A DNA stretch of 64,000 bases from Alphaproteobacteria bacterium (lineage in GTDB: Bacteria; Pseudomonadota; Alphaproteobacteria; RF32; CAG-239), in NCBI GenBank assembly GCA_017528205.1, contig JAFXPE010000004.1:15079-79078 (forward strand). The letters run 5' to 3'. The translations under genes and the position numbers were made by a program. Under the pieces are notes generated by a model. The model saw nothing but the letters and a program-made list of their open reading frames with translations, ran no database searches and was not told where the DNA came from. This document shows, piece by piece, positions 13,701-19,994 of this stretch (positions are counted from its first letter, which is position 1; each line of letters starts with the position of its first letter).

Positions 13701-14356
13701 TATTCTCCGGCGACTGCAACATCTTTACCGTAAAGTTCCACATCTCCTTTGGCCATAATTTTACCTTTTACGGTAATGACGCCTTCCGAATTTTTCAATA
13801 GCTCATTATATTTTTCGGCTCCGTGTTCATAGTCAGACAGATGATAGGATAAATCGCCGTCATAAGCGTGCTTTAAATCGTTATATTTACCCAGTGTTGG
13901 TGTAGCCATTGTCAGCGAGCCGACGTTCAAAACGCCCGAAGCTCCGACCACAATGCCGTTTGGCGAAACAAAAATCGCATGCCCGTTATAAAAATTGTTG
14001 CCCTTAACCGTGTTGACAATACCGTTAATATTAACCTGATTGTCTACCATATTTACAAATTTATTATAGCCCTGATCAAATTTTAAGTTTGCCACATCGC
14101 CGTTATCCAGAGTAAAATCCGTATACTGTCTGAAACCCGTGTTACCGGAAACTTTCGCCGCATCAATATTATAAACCCCGTTATTGCCCGAAACTCCGGT
14201 AATGTTTGTGGCAAACACCGGGGTAACATCTAAAAACATCATACTGTATGCCGTTATAAACGACACAATCTTGCGAAACAATGACGGCTGTTTAAACACA
14301 ATTTCCTGCGATTTTTTAATATGGATTTTCTTTAAACGTTTAGTGGCTTTAGACAT
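1739..14356 (-). CDS. Giant two-partner-secretion exoprotein (TpsA / filamentous-hemagglutinin-like adhesin), 4205 aa
   Basis: The N-terminus has a signal-like segment and a TPS secretion domain: N-x-x-G-x-x-x-N-I... then ...FVSPNGIVVGASGVLNVGSL, which is the NPNG-type motif. Thousands of residues of Gly/Asn/Ser/Thr/Val-rich beta-helical repeats follow. There is an acidic D/E plus K/N low-complexity insert mid-protein and a distinct ~90-aa C-terminal domain. Confidence 0.85.
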   Translation of the reverse strand: MSKATKRLKKIHIKKSQEIVFKQPSLFRKIVSFITAYSMMFLDVTPVFATNITGVSGNNGVYNIDAAKVSGNTGFRQYTDFTLDNGDVANLKFDQGYNKFVNMVDNQVNINGIVNTVKGNNFYNGHAIFVSPNGIVVGASGVLNVGSLTMATPTLGKYNDLKHAYDGDLSYHLSDYEHGAEKYNELLKNSEGVITVKGKIMAKGDVELYGKDVAVAGEYGSRAGIVAGVKNPKKVMTQQQAKQVFDSLVANNITDADGFSLEGGKIKIVANKRYGFDSGNDKQLTTKVDINQADIAANEIDISANSEVDRQQKVDLAKASVNVVNSNITGDTVSLVATATQKKDFDAANPVDDVEFIINTLEDLVLSPDSDIPPVTSLWGVAGKAEAEVNVRYSIINALKATASDAENPDLSVFIHAEASSETSENANFLTPTIIDYIFSGDSYFAEYFSSEIYKHFEGAKSSAIVNVEGSTINAVGDAAKNIEISTEASSSLDANNRLLAFILPVGIYAVGTETVSKAIVKDSVLNAVNGDIDVTAVSTNENSTVITSDSLFSIKLEEGFFLMFLNNTVKTDTEASIIKSTVEADNLSVFATNLSDSYAEISIEAVAGEKDPNKPDDAANSASSAGVVLNRSNNNVTARIKDSEITTAEDTTVLAQSLHKTENAPDGSVLDMMVQKPKTFDAAMNKKLKELQGKFFKLNIFNKIKGKTPVVGKEGDNAALELGGAVVHNNTNNNTTATIENSKVKADGDVIIRANAVDLLTNTATSDTQGEAKFGVSVALILSEQNNTTKAIIDKSKIEAENVTVDATTELPMNVGSLTFGMRFPFKIMGMDSFFVGGRFASEANGKWSVSPATPKADDTAPVFEVSGLAEQNIIASYSGLKPKFKMAGFFNNLAQTNSVGGTASASAAVVYNEVNTNTIAAIQNNSDITVDGDVVVNAVNSVIGYNGAGLVDILIKKLNYKLPGQQDWEYEPTVEGGKAGIGANFVFDNYTNHATAMIDNSTVKAEEGNINVDSATEQSYMNIIITGGKSEKIGVDGSIHIQKISGDTIAKISNIKDNHTVVADNIEVNAGKATIRTTGGNLKRDDKTDEIKWKQQRELTPEEKEQQVDPAITYPREAKDEITNIIVQGSLAQQKEEVEDGEQSSSGIAVGASVNTTSIDRNVRASIENSDIEATNLAVNATTYNQKVDIEGAAAFSGGVKQKQQDAGDVPQNMDNAQDKADNKSVDNSISEAPKDDDDDESVDDETYFRELLKKKKNNNNEDDDDDSIIDKILDQFSLSVAGAVDVTQDDTKVEASVNDSELTIGKDLEINAVRGVKNILLGGAVAKSNKNGAGAAVAYNNQSGSVKSLINNSDIEFADSNSQLVLNADNKNWLLNISIGAGASVNSDEENKGFQSAVGGSLNINTLEPEIVAAIENSSIGTDDYAKNVDVDIKAKNKVDVYNIAGGGAYLSGNGSNGVGAGAAVNYNNIKNNISAYIANSTLENINNLSVLADADNNMNDFAIAGSLVTGAETGWAFDGSADINYVHDTVKAKIMGSTITAKKDITVKANSNSNNLDAAGTIDILTTGSGAGVNGDVVINLFANDVTAEIGDSYKVGANLVPVTDQQTDILRAKDINVAATSTEKVNNILAGAAVSTGGSYLMAAANVNVNLVDNAVKAYVSGNFGIGRSTNFINGLNVAAYDETTIYTRGATVSAAASQEAATVIAGSVNVDKLTKNVEAKIIDADVNARGDVTATAASVNSLGGTKNDNNQYSRDDVTSKEYREKLLHKDTSGLYDGLQMKNGVALDQDSDFVNWNMFFDVAGGSNIAVAGAGIGKVIANFVTAEISNSAIKADNLYVLADDYSIKNIIAGTISGSLKGAAGLSVLYTKDKSTTSALIGNGSELDILRNLTLDAANKKDNHQILITGSGAIKGSINANIAINNVEDKVFAVIDNQTKNKEIYAGNINLNANEDINAAHIVVSGGGASNMVLDVNPIVNTYDATVEAAVKKANLKDAAIALKAQSKIDSLDVSAGVAGVAKGFAGVGVAIKNDYTGNIKSYIDNAVIDTKQNIDIDANSVINANNWVVGGSAAAQGASITVNALLNNVDTTLEAGIKNSEIENADVISINTNKDKTDSFDNNAIAAALAGQGASAIVNVIKNDFTNSVTSYVDNTKSAEIGSLEVIANSDRRTNNINFGLIVTGQGAGLAANALVNDINSTTRSYVDTKSKTLNVERNLDVKSNDTAAARNSVVMGSLAGLGGTVGLNINLYNANNLVKSEILSATAGQVNAGSVNMNSELTNALDNTQVDLSLGLAAVPIDVQVIKIGQKTNTYSKAEQVSDVKKYLNTAFSMIPQGLPTPTTPSNNLQTGAISSVNGNIKTALDTNINAKSRIRGLAKQNGKDVLTDELDLNSFTLVGALGSASVGVRDVQIANNTIAEIKGGKVESTDGDVALKAESASKVKMTNMRAEVSGLQVSGGSDIYENSSETLAQIRDATVNAHSIGVNSKSKSHATIDTTHIAGAIGSVVNVDLVEANDTNKTVSLITGNTNINAKDKLILHSTVDTDLQSLKLSVPIAGASLVSVMKNDATANTISKAIIENVNGAIKTNGLDIITDYDNMSVTARSNIVSVKAISVAEYNDSGAFMNAYFKSGIDSLDGLTLKNTGTTNIITARGNNQKDVSAYGRTHDVSVQLAGIYTGTFAHAETNATSATVLKVKNHTSNKLNLDQYLNSKAKADANGTKVTVAGVYAVAAAATDKSKMTLDVGGNNTIITPSHINLKHNATTEADLKAFNLGLLVAGSRIRVDSDMEADTFANIGGNFNVKDNNININIDTIRNAKLDKTSGTGGLINIADTGMSNTLKGKSILNLTNLKTDDKQDKNRFFINNRSINTYQVKTTDGSGGFINVSDTSATSTFNTSTETNIENADVNSQSDFSMLTQDTTAIEDNASNAGGGLFISYVGDKANNSYSSTAKINIKNSNIKAKDLKLQADSSVTAKDLKDISYTGDTGGFVAIGAINVTNNITNTSEINIQNSALEATHNAVLEAITGSYFKQKIENEADGFVSVAKGTSNLNVTNNNKITIDNKSTILANNELEIDFNSSNTLVSRVVSDVVNIGGEPVAKSYLNLTINNTLENSGTLQAGNLMDINFMNSSTNTLTQFAQAVSRAAIATTAEDGKLTRTINNKLDNKANADITSGKDIDINYSNGIGETNSVIYWVTKSGWGVITDSGQSSKYDLSSKHNLNNNGKITAAVNNSKYMKINRDGSVDKTTLKGFHDGDYILNDGAIIDGAKIKEQKLSEIDIELENVNGTINEYENTIANYNTLVAKLNQQKADAEATLNELTAFIENGAVLLESKTGNSGIYAGISAFDLKMQKDMGCVRQTNTDPGYAGKITQAEYNTLMQDYTTALNNNPNLTMAEFLNASDYGFSNAQKNNIVKGYNDVKSRLSITLHGFAKYIGKDGITYLAALNPTGEGAAQSCKNMLDLNSKIEDIANQIKSIQYIKANGTALLEDLRDERAKLTAEYNAIWETPADEYSYSGEDYSLVFNDIRINPNGAEINVHGLTNANITGNGVFDIAKSGLQIDNYSTRSLVFNDININTETANSSLIINDKEQTEFANKPQAISGQKANEYFYGSSSIWKQNNERPSFDSLPTTGVHFTVSNTKFVGTTINNYYDNNHPLADTLDIPNSTIASDITINGDINTGVLNILNESGNIAIQSSNIDTGNLNLFATNGQIDIETHNDENNAKFTLNAGSKIFAADGLNITADEVDIKSGSNIQTGYSLRGIKITDNMLKEENLIVDPTTGEKNLLDLGGNRLSPNLNDGVIKGNIKAIYKNGQIYVYNLPELEADNGIKIVANKGTVKGVMTVSTGPQTIEINNETDKPLIVGDIANTSIDGAYSVEGGATSKANLTTQKAIKAKTDIISEGKVALNGKIVNGIDAKIGTPSEDGELTVKAKNGIDIAKHQTYDAITAGGLIDIANTQNGALNIYGNITNKKGNTNLYGSDGISLFGKIHSVDGDVSMTAREGDLLLAKGSQIHIDKGNLSLNQQDVFGNLIMAGQIILRDGNLTTYSLGNETNNGLIFGREFMDENDLSDLIPANSNEPEVDYALNNNMGYGYDVTGDKDLKSSVKILRLHREGATIVNENHWKVGDKMEFSIAFDGVDVVAKCKVIKAENGIAQVMFLDLPRSVATKITERYMNKGLFHQWASN

Positions 14357-14509
14357 GGGCGTAATCCTTAATATGCGCTTGCTGTCTCATAACATTTGCA
14401 ATGTTTGAGCACAGATGATAATCATTATGTGTTTTTTTACCATTTTTTTCGCCCGAAAGCAATATTTTTTAATAAGCTGTTAAGAATTTATAATGAACAG
14501 TTAATTTTA

Positions 14510-14538
14510 TTGAATTTTGTAAAATTTGTTTGTATCAT
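14510..14538 (+). promoter_or_regulatory. Candidate sigma70-type promoter (TTGAAT-17-TATCAT) for the transporter gene
   Basis: A near-consensus -35/-10 pair with 17-nt spacing lies about 115 nt upstream of the ATG at 14654, in the AT-rich divergent intergenic region. Confidence 0.3.
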
Positions 14539-14653
14539 CAACAATTGTCGGATTGTAGCGGATTATCAAGATGAAAAGAAATCGAGAATCAAAGTAAAAA
14601 CGGGAATTTCTTGAAGTTGAACGACTTTGCCAAGAAAAAGAAAGAGGTATAAA

Positions 14654-15589
14654 ATGAAAATAATCAAAGACTTTTTTATTAAATACATGGCGCTGATTGT
14701 GCTGGTTATCGCCTTGGTGTCCCTTTTTGCCCCACAGAGCGCTTTATGGATTTCGACCTCGTGGATAAATTATCTGCTGATGGTGGTGATGTTCGGCATG
14801 GGCCTGACCTTAAAGCCGGAAAGCTTTGTTTTGGTTTTCAAGCGCCCGAAGGATATCCTTTGCGGCATTTTTGCTCAATTTACGATTATGCCGCTGCTGG
14901 CTTTTGGCTTAAGTCGCCTGTTCGGGCTTGATGCCGCCCTGACCGCCGGTGTGATTTTGGTCGGAACCTGTCCGGGCGGAACGGCCAGCAATGTGATTAC
15001 CTACTTTTCCAAGGGCGACATTGCGCTTTCGGTTTCCATGACCAGCGTGAACACCCTGCTCGCCCCGCTCTTGACGCCGCTGGTGACTTATTTGCTGCTC
15101 AATACAACCGTTGAAGTGAACATGGCGAGTATGCTGTTGGCGATAGTCAATGTGATTTTAATCCCGATTGTGCTGGGTTTTGTTATCAATCGTTTCTTTG
15201 CGACCGCAACGCAAAAAATGGTGGATTTGTTGCCGGTGATTTCAGTGGTGGCGATTTGTATGATTGTGGCAACTGTGGTGGCGCACAATGCCGAAAAAAT
15301 CTACACTTGCGGATTTTTGGTTTTGAGCGTGGTCGTGTTGCATAACCTTTTGGGCTATTTATGCGGCTTTACGCTCGGGAAGTTGCTCAAAATGGAACCG
15401 GCGAAAGTTAAGGCGTTTTCTATTGAAATCGGCATGCAGAACTCCGGATTGGCCACGAGTTTGGCCGCCACCTCATTTCCGACACTCGCCATGGCCACCG
15501 TACCGGGAGCGATTTTCTCGGTATGGCATAACATTTCCGGCGCAATTTTGGCCGAAATCTACCGACATTGGCACACTGAGGAGAAATAA
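14654..15589 (+). CDS. Bile acid:sodium symporter (BASS/SBF) family transporter
   Basis: A polytopic membrane protein with the BASS-family signature region (...GTCPGGTASNVITYFSKGDIALSVSMTSVNTLLAPLLTPL...). The start was moved to the internal ATG at 14654, which is preceded by an agaaagagg RBS. Confidence 0.7.
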   Translation: MKIIKDFFIKYMALIVLVIALVSLFAPQSALWISTSWINYLLMVVMFGMGLTLKPESFVLVFKRPKDILCGIFAQFTIMPLLAFGLSRLFGLDAALTAGVILVGTCPGGTASNVITYFSKGDIALSVSMTSVNTLLAPLLTPLVTYLLLNTTVEVNMASMLLAIVNVILIPIVLGFVINRFFATATQKMVDLLPVISVVAICMIVATVVAHNAEKIYTCGFLVLSVVVLHNLLGYLCGFTLGKLLKMEPAKVKAFSIEIGMQNSGLATSLAATSFPTLAMATVPGAIFSVWHNISGAILAEIYRHWHTEEK

Positions 15590-16030
15590 ATGAAAAAGGC
15601 TCTGTTAATCATCGATGCGCAGAAAGCGGCGGTTGTTAAGCCGGAAATTGTGCGAAACATTGAAAAGTTGCAGTATGAATATGACGTGGTCTATGTCTCG
15701 AAGTTTACCAACACCGGCTCGCCGTTGCTAGAGATAATGGATTGGGCGGGTTATGATGACGAAACGCTCGCTTTTGAGCCAAAAAAAGATGCGATTGTGT
15801 TCACCAAGACCGGCTATACCTCATATTTGCCGGAGATGAAGGCGTTTGATGAAATTCACCTTTGCGGATTTGATACCGAGGCCTGCGTTTATAAAACGGC
15901 GTTGGACTTGGTGGAGATCGGGGTGCGACCTATTGTCTTAAAGGATTATTGCTATAGCTCCGACGAACAAATGCACGCCATAGGCCTCAAGATATTGGAG
16001 AAAAATATCGGGAAGAAGAATATGATATAG
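15590..16030 (+). CDS. Isochorismatase-family cysteine hydrolase (short form)
   Basis: It begins MKKALLIIDAQ... and has the C-terminal ...HLCGFDTEACVYKTALDLVEIGVRPIVLKD... typical of the isochorismatase/CSHase fold. It is start-stop coupled to the transporter gene. Confidence 0.6.
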   Translation: MKKALLIIDAQKAAVVKPEIVRNIEKLQYEYDVVYVSKFTNTGSPLLEIMDWAGYDDETLAFEPKKDAIVFTKTGYTSYLPEMKAFDEIHLCGFDTEACVYKTALDLVEIGVRPIVLKDYCYSSDEQMHAIGLKILEKNIGKKNMI

Positions 16031-16161
16031 TTTTTCTTTAACAATCTCAAATGTTAACATTTAAGATTTTCTCGTAAAAGCCGGGAAATACTATAAATAG
16101 CTAAAATGCCGCACACAAAGGAAATGCCCCTCAAAAGAAGCGTTTTTCCATTAAGCCTCTG

Positions 16162-16875
16162 TTAATAGAACTTCCATTCTATTGAAGCAGTAGCCCCATT
16201 GGAACCCCTAGCGGTCTTACCGCAGCTAGAAGTCGCACTAGCCACAGAAACTGGAAAGCCTTTCGCTCCGTCGTTAGGTCCTTGATTTTTGTTAACCATG
16301 CAGTGAATACTTCCCCAGACTTCACTTTGACCTGTACACGCATTTACATATTTATTCGCCACAGAAACGGCTTTAGTCCTCGCAGCAATACTCATAGCAA
16401 TCAAACCACCGCTTTTAGTTGTTCCTCCCCAGTCAACCAAAGCCAATGCAATACATGCCTCAATCGGAATATCATCAAACGATATGTGGAATGCATCTTT
16501 ACGTGTTGTTTTTTTATAATTTTTCTCAGATGCATTGAAACGAACAGGTGTACCCCATGGAGTTTGATATGTATTTGTTCCGTTACCATCCTTGCTGGCA
16601 TACATATCATCCGGTACAATATTGAATTTATCAATAATTTTACCACCTATTCCCGTACCATCACCCAATGAAGAATAGTCTTTTGAGTTTCTGAAAGCCC
16701 TACGCATATTGCTGACAACTAGAGTGATTTGTTCAATCGCCTTATTGGTCTTATACCTATTCATAGCTTTAGAATAACCGGCAAGACCACCAACGGACAG
16801 TACACCGATAATAGCCAAAACGCCAAGCATCTCAATCATCGAACGACCTTGTTCTAAATTTTTATTATTAATCAT
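16162..16875 (-). CDS. Type IV pilin-like protein (prepilin-type N-terminal cleavage/methylation domain)
   Basis: The N-terminus QGRSMIEMLGVLAIIGVLSVGG matches the class III signal (G/xxxE followed by a hydrophobic helix) of type IV pilins and pseudopilins. The Gly/Thr/Ser-rich C-terminal half has Cys residues. Confidence 0.7.
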   Translation of the reverse strand: MINNKNLEQGRSMIEMLGVLAIIGVLSVGGLAGYSKAMNRYKTNKAIEQITLVVSNMRRAFRNSKDYSSLGDGTGIGGKIIDKFNIVPDDMYASKDGNGTNTYQTPWGTPVRFNASEKNYKKTTRKDAFHISFDDIPIEACIALALVDWGGTTKSGGLIAMSIAARTKAVSVANKYVNACTGQSEVWGSIHCMVNKNQGPNDGAKGFPVSVASATSSCGKTARGSNGATASIEWKFY

Positions 16876-17004
16876 TGAAATTCTCCTGTATTGTCTTTCT
16901 ATACCTTAACTTTGACCGCGAAATATCTGTTATTTTGAATTTAGCAAGATTCCTACATCAAGTTAAATAACGATTTTACTTAGCGCTGTGGTGTCACTTT
17001 ACCG

Positions 17005-17019
17005 AAAAAAAAAAAAAAA
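17005..17019. repeat. A15 homopolymeric tract (T15 on the pilin-gene coding strand), ~130 nt upstream of the pilin-like gene start
   Basis: Counted directly: 15 consecutive A's at 17005-17019. Confidence 0.9.
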
Positions 17020-17194
17020 TCAAGAATAAAATAGTGTTTTTTGATAAAGGATAGCAAAATAATTAACGGCTCATTGCAATTCGGTAACGGTCGGAGTAAC
17101 GGCATGTTGCTAACCGGGGCATTATTTGGACCAGTTCTAAGCCGTCTGAATGCATTTACTTAAATGCCCGACTAGGAAATAAATGTAATTTAAA

Positions 17195-17234
17195 GAAAAA
17201 GGAACCCGCCGGCTTAGCCGGCGTTTCCTTTTGG
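17195..17234 (-). terminator. Bidirectional hairpin terminator (ggaacccgccggc-ttag-ccggcgtttcc flanked by A- and T-runs)
   Basis: A GC-rich stem-loop with an A-run 5' and a T-run 3'. It lies immediately downstream of the stop of the minus-strand GNAT operon. Confidence 0.5.
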
Positions 17235-17238
17235 ATGC

Positions 17239-17658
17239 TTATGCTCCCCACTGCATCAGGAATTCTTTTTCGCAGGTATCGGGGTCGGTTTGGTCGGAAA
17301 TGGCGATAAATCCGTTTTGCTTATAAAACTCGACAGCGGATGCGTTCTTTTCATAAACCATCAGTTGCAGACGATGCTTTTGCTCCTTTACAAAATCCAG
17401 CAATTGCCGCCCTACTCCCAACCCTCGACAATCTTGCCGCACAAAAATGCCGGCGATAAAGTCGTCTTGTAAGCCGATAAAGCCCTTTATTTGCCCGTCT
17501 TCATAAACATAAACCGTGCTTTGCGGCAGAATTTTCTTCACAAAATCATAGTTTTTCCGCCAATATTCGGGCGCTATAAAGTCATGCGCCTGCAAATTGC
17601 CCTCGAGCCATATCTGCATTACCGTATCTAAATCGGCTATTTTGAGCGGTCGTATCAT
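17239..17658 (-). CDS. GNAT-family N-acetyltransferase
   Basis: GNAT motif A region ...GIFVRQDCRGLGVGRQLLDFV...; 139 aa. Confidence 0.75.
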   Translation of the reverse strand: MIRPLKIADLDTVMQIWLEGNLQAHDFIAPEYWRKNYDFVKKILPQSTVYVYEDGQIKGFIGLQDDFIAGIFVRQDCRGLGVGRQLLDFVKEQKHRLQLMVYEKNASAVEFYKQNGFIAISDQTDPDTCEKEFLMQWGA

Positions 17659-18098
17659 TTTGCGAGCCTCATATACAACAGCGGAAAAGGTCTGCCCTGT
17701 TCGTCCGTTGCGGTGCGTTTATAGGTTTTAAAGCCGAGATGTTCGTAAAATCCGACGGCCTGAGGATTTTGCTCATTTACAGTCACTTCGCTGATTTGAT
17801 ACTTTTGGGCGCCGTATTCCATCAGTTTGCGCCCTATTCCCTGCCCGATATACTGCGGGTCCAAAAACAACATTTCCAACCGGTGCTGTTCCACCCCCAT
17901 AAAGCCGAGATAATCGCCGTTGTTCTGCGCCACCACGAGATGCGCCACTCCTTTCAGCGCCTGCGGCACATAATTCTCAATTTCCGCGATGTCTTTGCCG
18001 GTTAAAAATGTATGCGTTTTGCTAACCGACCGCCGCCACAGAGCAGTCAGTTCCTTAATTACATCAGAGTTGCGATCTATAACATCAACAATTTCCAT
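17655..18098 (-). CDS. GNAT-family N-acetyltransferase (second, distinct paralog)
   Basis: ...LFLDPQYIGQGIGRKLMEYG... acetyl-CoA binding motif. It overlaps the downstream GNAT gene by 4 nt. Confidence 0.75.
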   Translation of the reverse strand: MEIVDVIDRNSDVIKELTALWRRSVSKTHTFLTGKDIAEIENYVPQALKGVAHLVVAQNNGDYLGFMGVEQHRLEMLFLDPQYIGQGIGRKLMEYGAQKYQISEVTVNEQNPQAVGFYEHLGFKTYKRTATDEQGRPFPLLYMRLAK

Positions 18099-18739
18099 TA
18101 CTTACATCTCTTTTTAATTTCGGCTTTGACTTTTTTCAAATCGCCGGAGGTCAAAAGCGGTATCAGTTCGTTGATTTCCTCAACGCTTTTATCCCACCAT
18201 TTGAATTTCAGTAGCAACTGTATCAATTCGTCATCAAATCTTTTGCGCACCGGTTTTGCCGGATTTCCGACCACAATCGTATATGGCTCGACATTGCTGC
18301 CGACCACACTGTTGGCACCGATTATTGCCCCATCGCCGATATGCACGCCGGGCAGAATTGTCACGTTTTGCCCTATCCACACGTCATTGCCGACAATCGT
18401 ATCGCCCTTAAGGGGTAAATCGGTCTCAGCCGGCGGCTCTTGTTCAAAATCTTCCATAATATAAAACGGAAACGTGGAAACGGCATTCATCTGATGATTG
18501 GCGCCGTTCATCACAAACTCAACCCCTGCCCCGATTTGGCAGAATTTGCCGATAATCAGCTTGTCGCCGATAAAATCATAGTGATGAGTGACGTGCTTTG
18601 CAAAATCAACATCGGCAAAATAGCTAAAATCCCCGACTATAATGTTCGGATTTTTCAGCGTCGGCTTGATATAGGTTACCGTTTTGATATTCGACACCGG
18701 AAAAATTGCATTCGGGTTAGGTTTCGTTGCCTTTGTCAT
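18098..18739 (-). CDS. Hexapeptide-repeat xenobiotic acetyltransferase (XAT family; Vat/CatB-like)
   Basis: Left-handed beta-helix hexapeptide repeats with a Vat/CatB-like N-terminus (...IKPTLKNPNIIVGDFSYFAD...GAGVEFVMNGANHQMNAVSTFPF...). The start was set to the internal ATG (MTKATKP), which overlaps the stop of the upstream kinase gene. Confidence 0.7.
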   Translation of the reverse strand: MTKATKPNPNAIFPVSNIKTVTYIKPTLKNPNIIVGDFSYFADVDFAKHVTHHYDFIGDKLIIGKFCQIGAGVEFVMNGANHQMNAVSTFPFYIMEDFEQEPPAETDLPLKGDTIVGNDVWIGQNVTILPGVHIGDGAIIGANSVVGSNVEPYTIVVGNPAKPVRKRFDDELIQLLLKFKWWDKSVEEINELIPLLTSGDLKKVKAEIKKRCK

Positions 18740-19254
18740 CAGAATTCTCCTATATCCAAGTTGTATTCTTCCTCTATCAAATGATACGGCAGTCCATGCT
18801 TTTGGCACTGTTGCAAAATGTGCTCGTTATCCTTTAGAGCCATATCTTGCGTAAAATCGCCATCATCCAGCCGCTTTTCGATAACGTTGGCATGGTTTTT
18901 GATGTCCGCAAAGCGATTTAAAATATAGTTTTGGCTCATAATCAGGCAAATGTATTTGATTTCCGCCAGATAATTTTCGCTAAAATCCTGCCGCCAAGCA
19001 AACGGAATATAACAGCCCTCAACGATTAGATTTTGCTTGTTTTCGATGGCGGTTTTAATCATTTCACGCACAATCGGCCACAAATAGTCCGTCAGCTTAT
19101 CATCATCAAGAGCGGTTAAGGCGGTCTGCTTGCTGCGGATCAGCCCCATTTTCAGCAAATCCAACGACAAGAGCGGAAAGTGATACTTTTCCAGCATTTT
19201 TTGTGCCAGCAAAGTCTTTCCCGTATGCGATGCCCCTGTGATTAAAATTATCAT
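18739..19254 (-). CDS. P-loop NTPase / small-molecule kinase-like protein
   Basis: An N-terminal Walker A (MIILITGASHTGKTLL). Its size and architecture resemble CPT/gluconate-kinase-like small kinases. It is first in a 4-gene overlapping operon with the XAT and GNAT genes. Confidence 0.5.
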   Translation of the reverse strand: MIILITGASHTGKTLLAQKMLEKYHFPLLSLDLLKMGLIRSKQTALTALDDDKLTDYLWPIVREMIKTAIENKQNLIVEGCYIPFAWRQDFSENYLAEIKYICLIMSQNYILNRFADIKNHANVIEKRLDDGDFTQDMALKDNEHILQQCQKHGLPYHLIEEEYNLDIGEF

Positions 19255-19343
19255 AAACCCTCACTTGTTAAAAGCGAGAATAAAACGTTTTTGGTTAAAA
19301 AGCAATATTTTCAAACGCTTTGTTTTTATCATGTTTTTACACC

Positions 19344-19994
19344 TCAGCGACTGACAAATGCTACGATTTCTTTTTGCAAGAGGCGGAACACATTGGCCAC
19401 CAGATATCCGTCGGCAATTGCGTGATTTAAGCGAACGCTCACCGGCATAACCAGTCTGCCGTTTTCTTCGCGATATCGTCCCCAGTTCACGATGGGCGCA
19501 AAGAACAAATAGCCGTCCGGCAACTCAATATTCAACGAATCATACGAAAGCCACGAAATGTATGAGGCATCAAACCAATTCGGATGATTTTCCATATCCA
19601 ACCCGTAATCACGCGTTTGCTTTGCCGTCTCCATATCTTTCAGCGCGCCGGCATAAAACGTGTCATAGTCCTCGTAATATTGCGTGTAAACCGGCGTACA
19701 GGTTTCCGTATCTTCATGAAATACATATTGCGTGGGGTTGACCATATCATAGCAGATAAGCTCGCCCGTCTGCCAAAGATAGCCCATGCGATAATCTTCA
19801 CGCGAATTCATTACTTTGGCAAGGATATACAGAAAATTCAAATAGAATTTCGAACTCGTCCGCTTTGACCAGGCTGCAAGCTCGGTCACATCTATTCTGG
19901 CAGTCATAGAAGTGGAGCATTTGCAGTCTTCCGAAAAGTGACGAAACACACCCTTGCGATAATACGTTTCTTTATCAATGACCTTGTAGTTCAT
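19344..19994 (-). CDS. cat: Chloramphenicol O-acetyltransferase, classic (type A) CAT fold
   Basis: Colinear similarity to CAT_I along the whole protein, including the catalytic-His region ...SVRLNHAIADGYLV... (compare MAIQVHHAVCDGFHV) and ...LFFAPIVNWGRY...; 216 aa. Confidence 0.8.
   Translation of the reverse strand: MNYKVIDKETYYRKGVFRHFSEDCKCSTSMTARIDVTELAAWSKRTSSKFYLNFLYILAKVMNSREDYRMGYLWQTGELICYDMVNPTQYVFHEDTETCTPVYTQYYEDYDTFYAGALKDMETAKQTRDYGLDMENHPNWFDASYISWLSYDSLNIELPDGYLFFAPIVNWGRYREENGRLVMPVSVRLNHAIADGYLVANVFRLLQKEIVAFVSR

Noticed and set aside
2484-13801. Numerous 60-190-aa plus-strand ORFs inside the tpsA locus (e.g. 6843..7415, 7812..8222, 10191..10610, 12204..12563)
   Set aside because: They lie antisense to a 12.6-kb gene with a continuous, motif-supported frame. 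Their translations are low-complexity Ala/Leu/Ser/Thr-rich strings, as expected from the complement of Gly/Asn/Val-rich repeat codons. No RBS or start context supports them.
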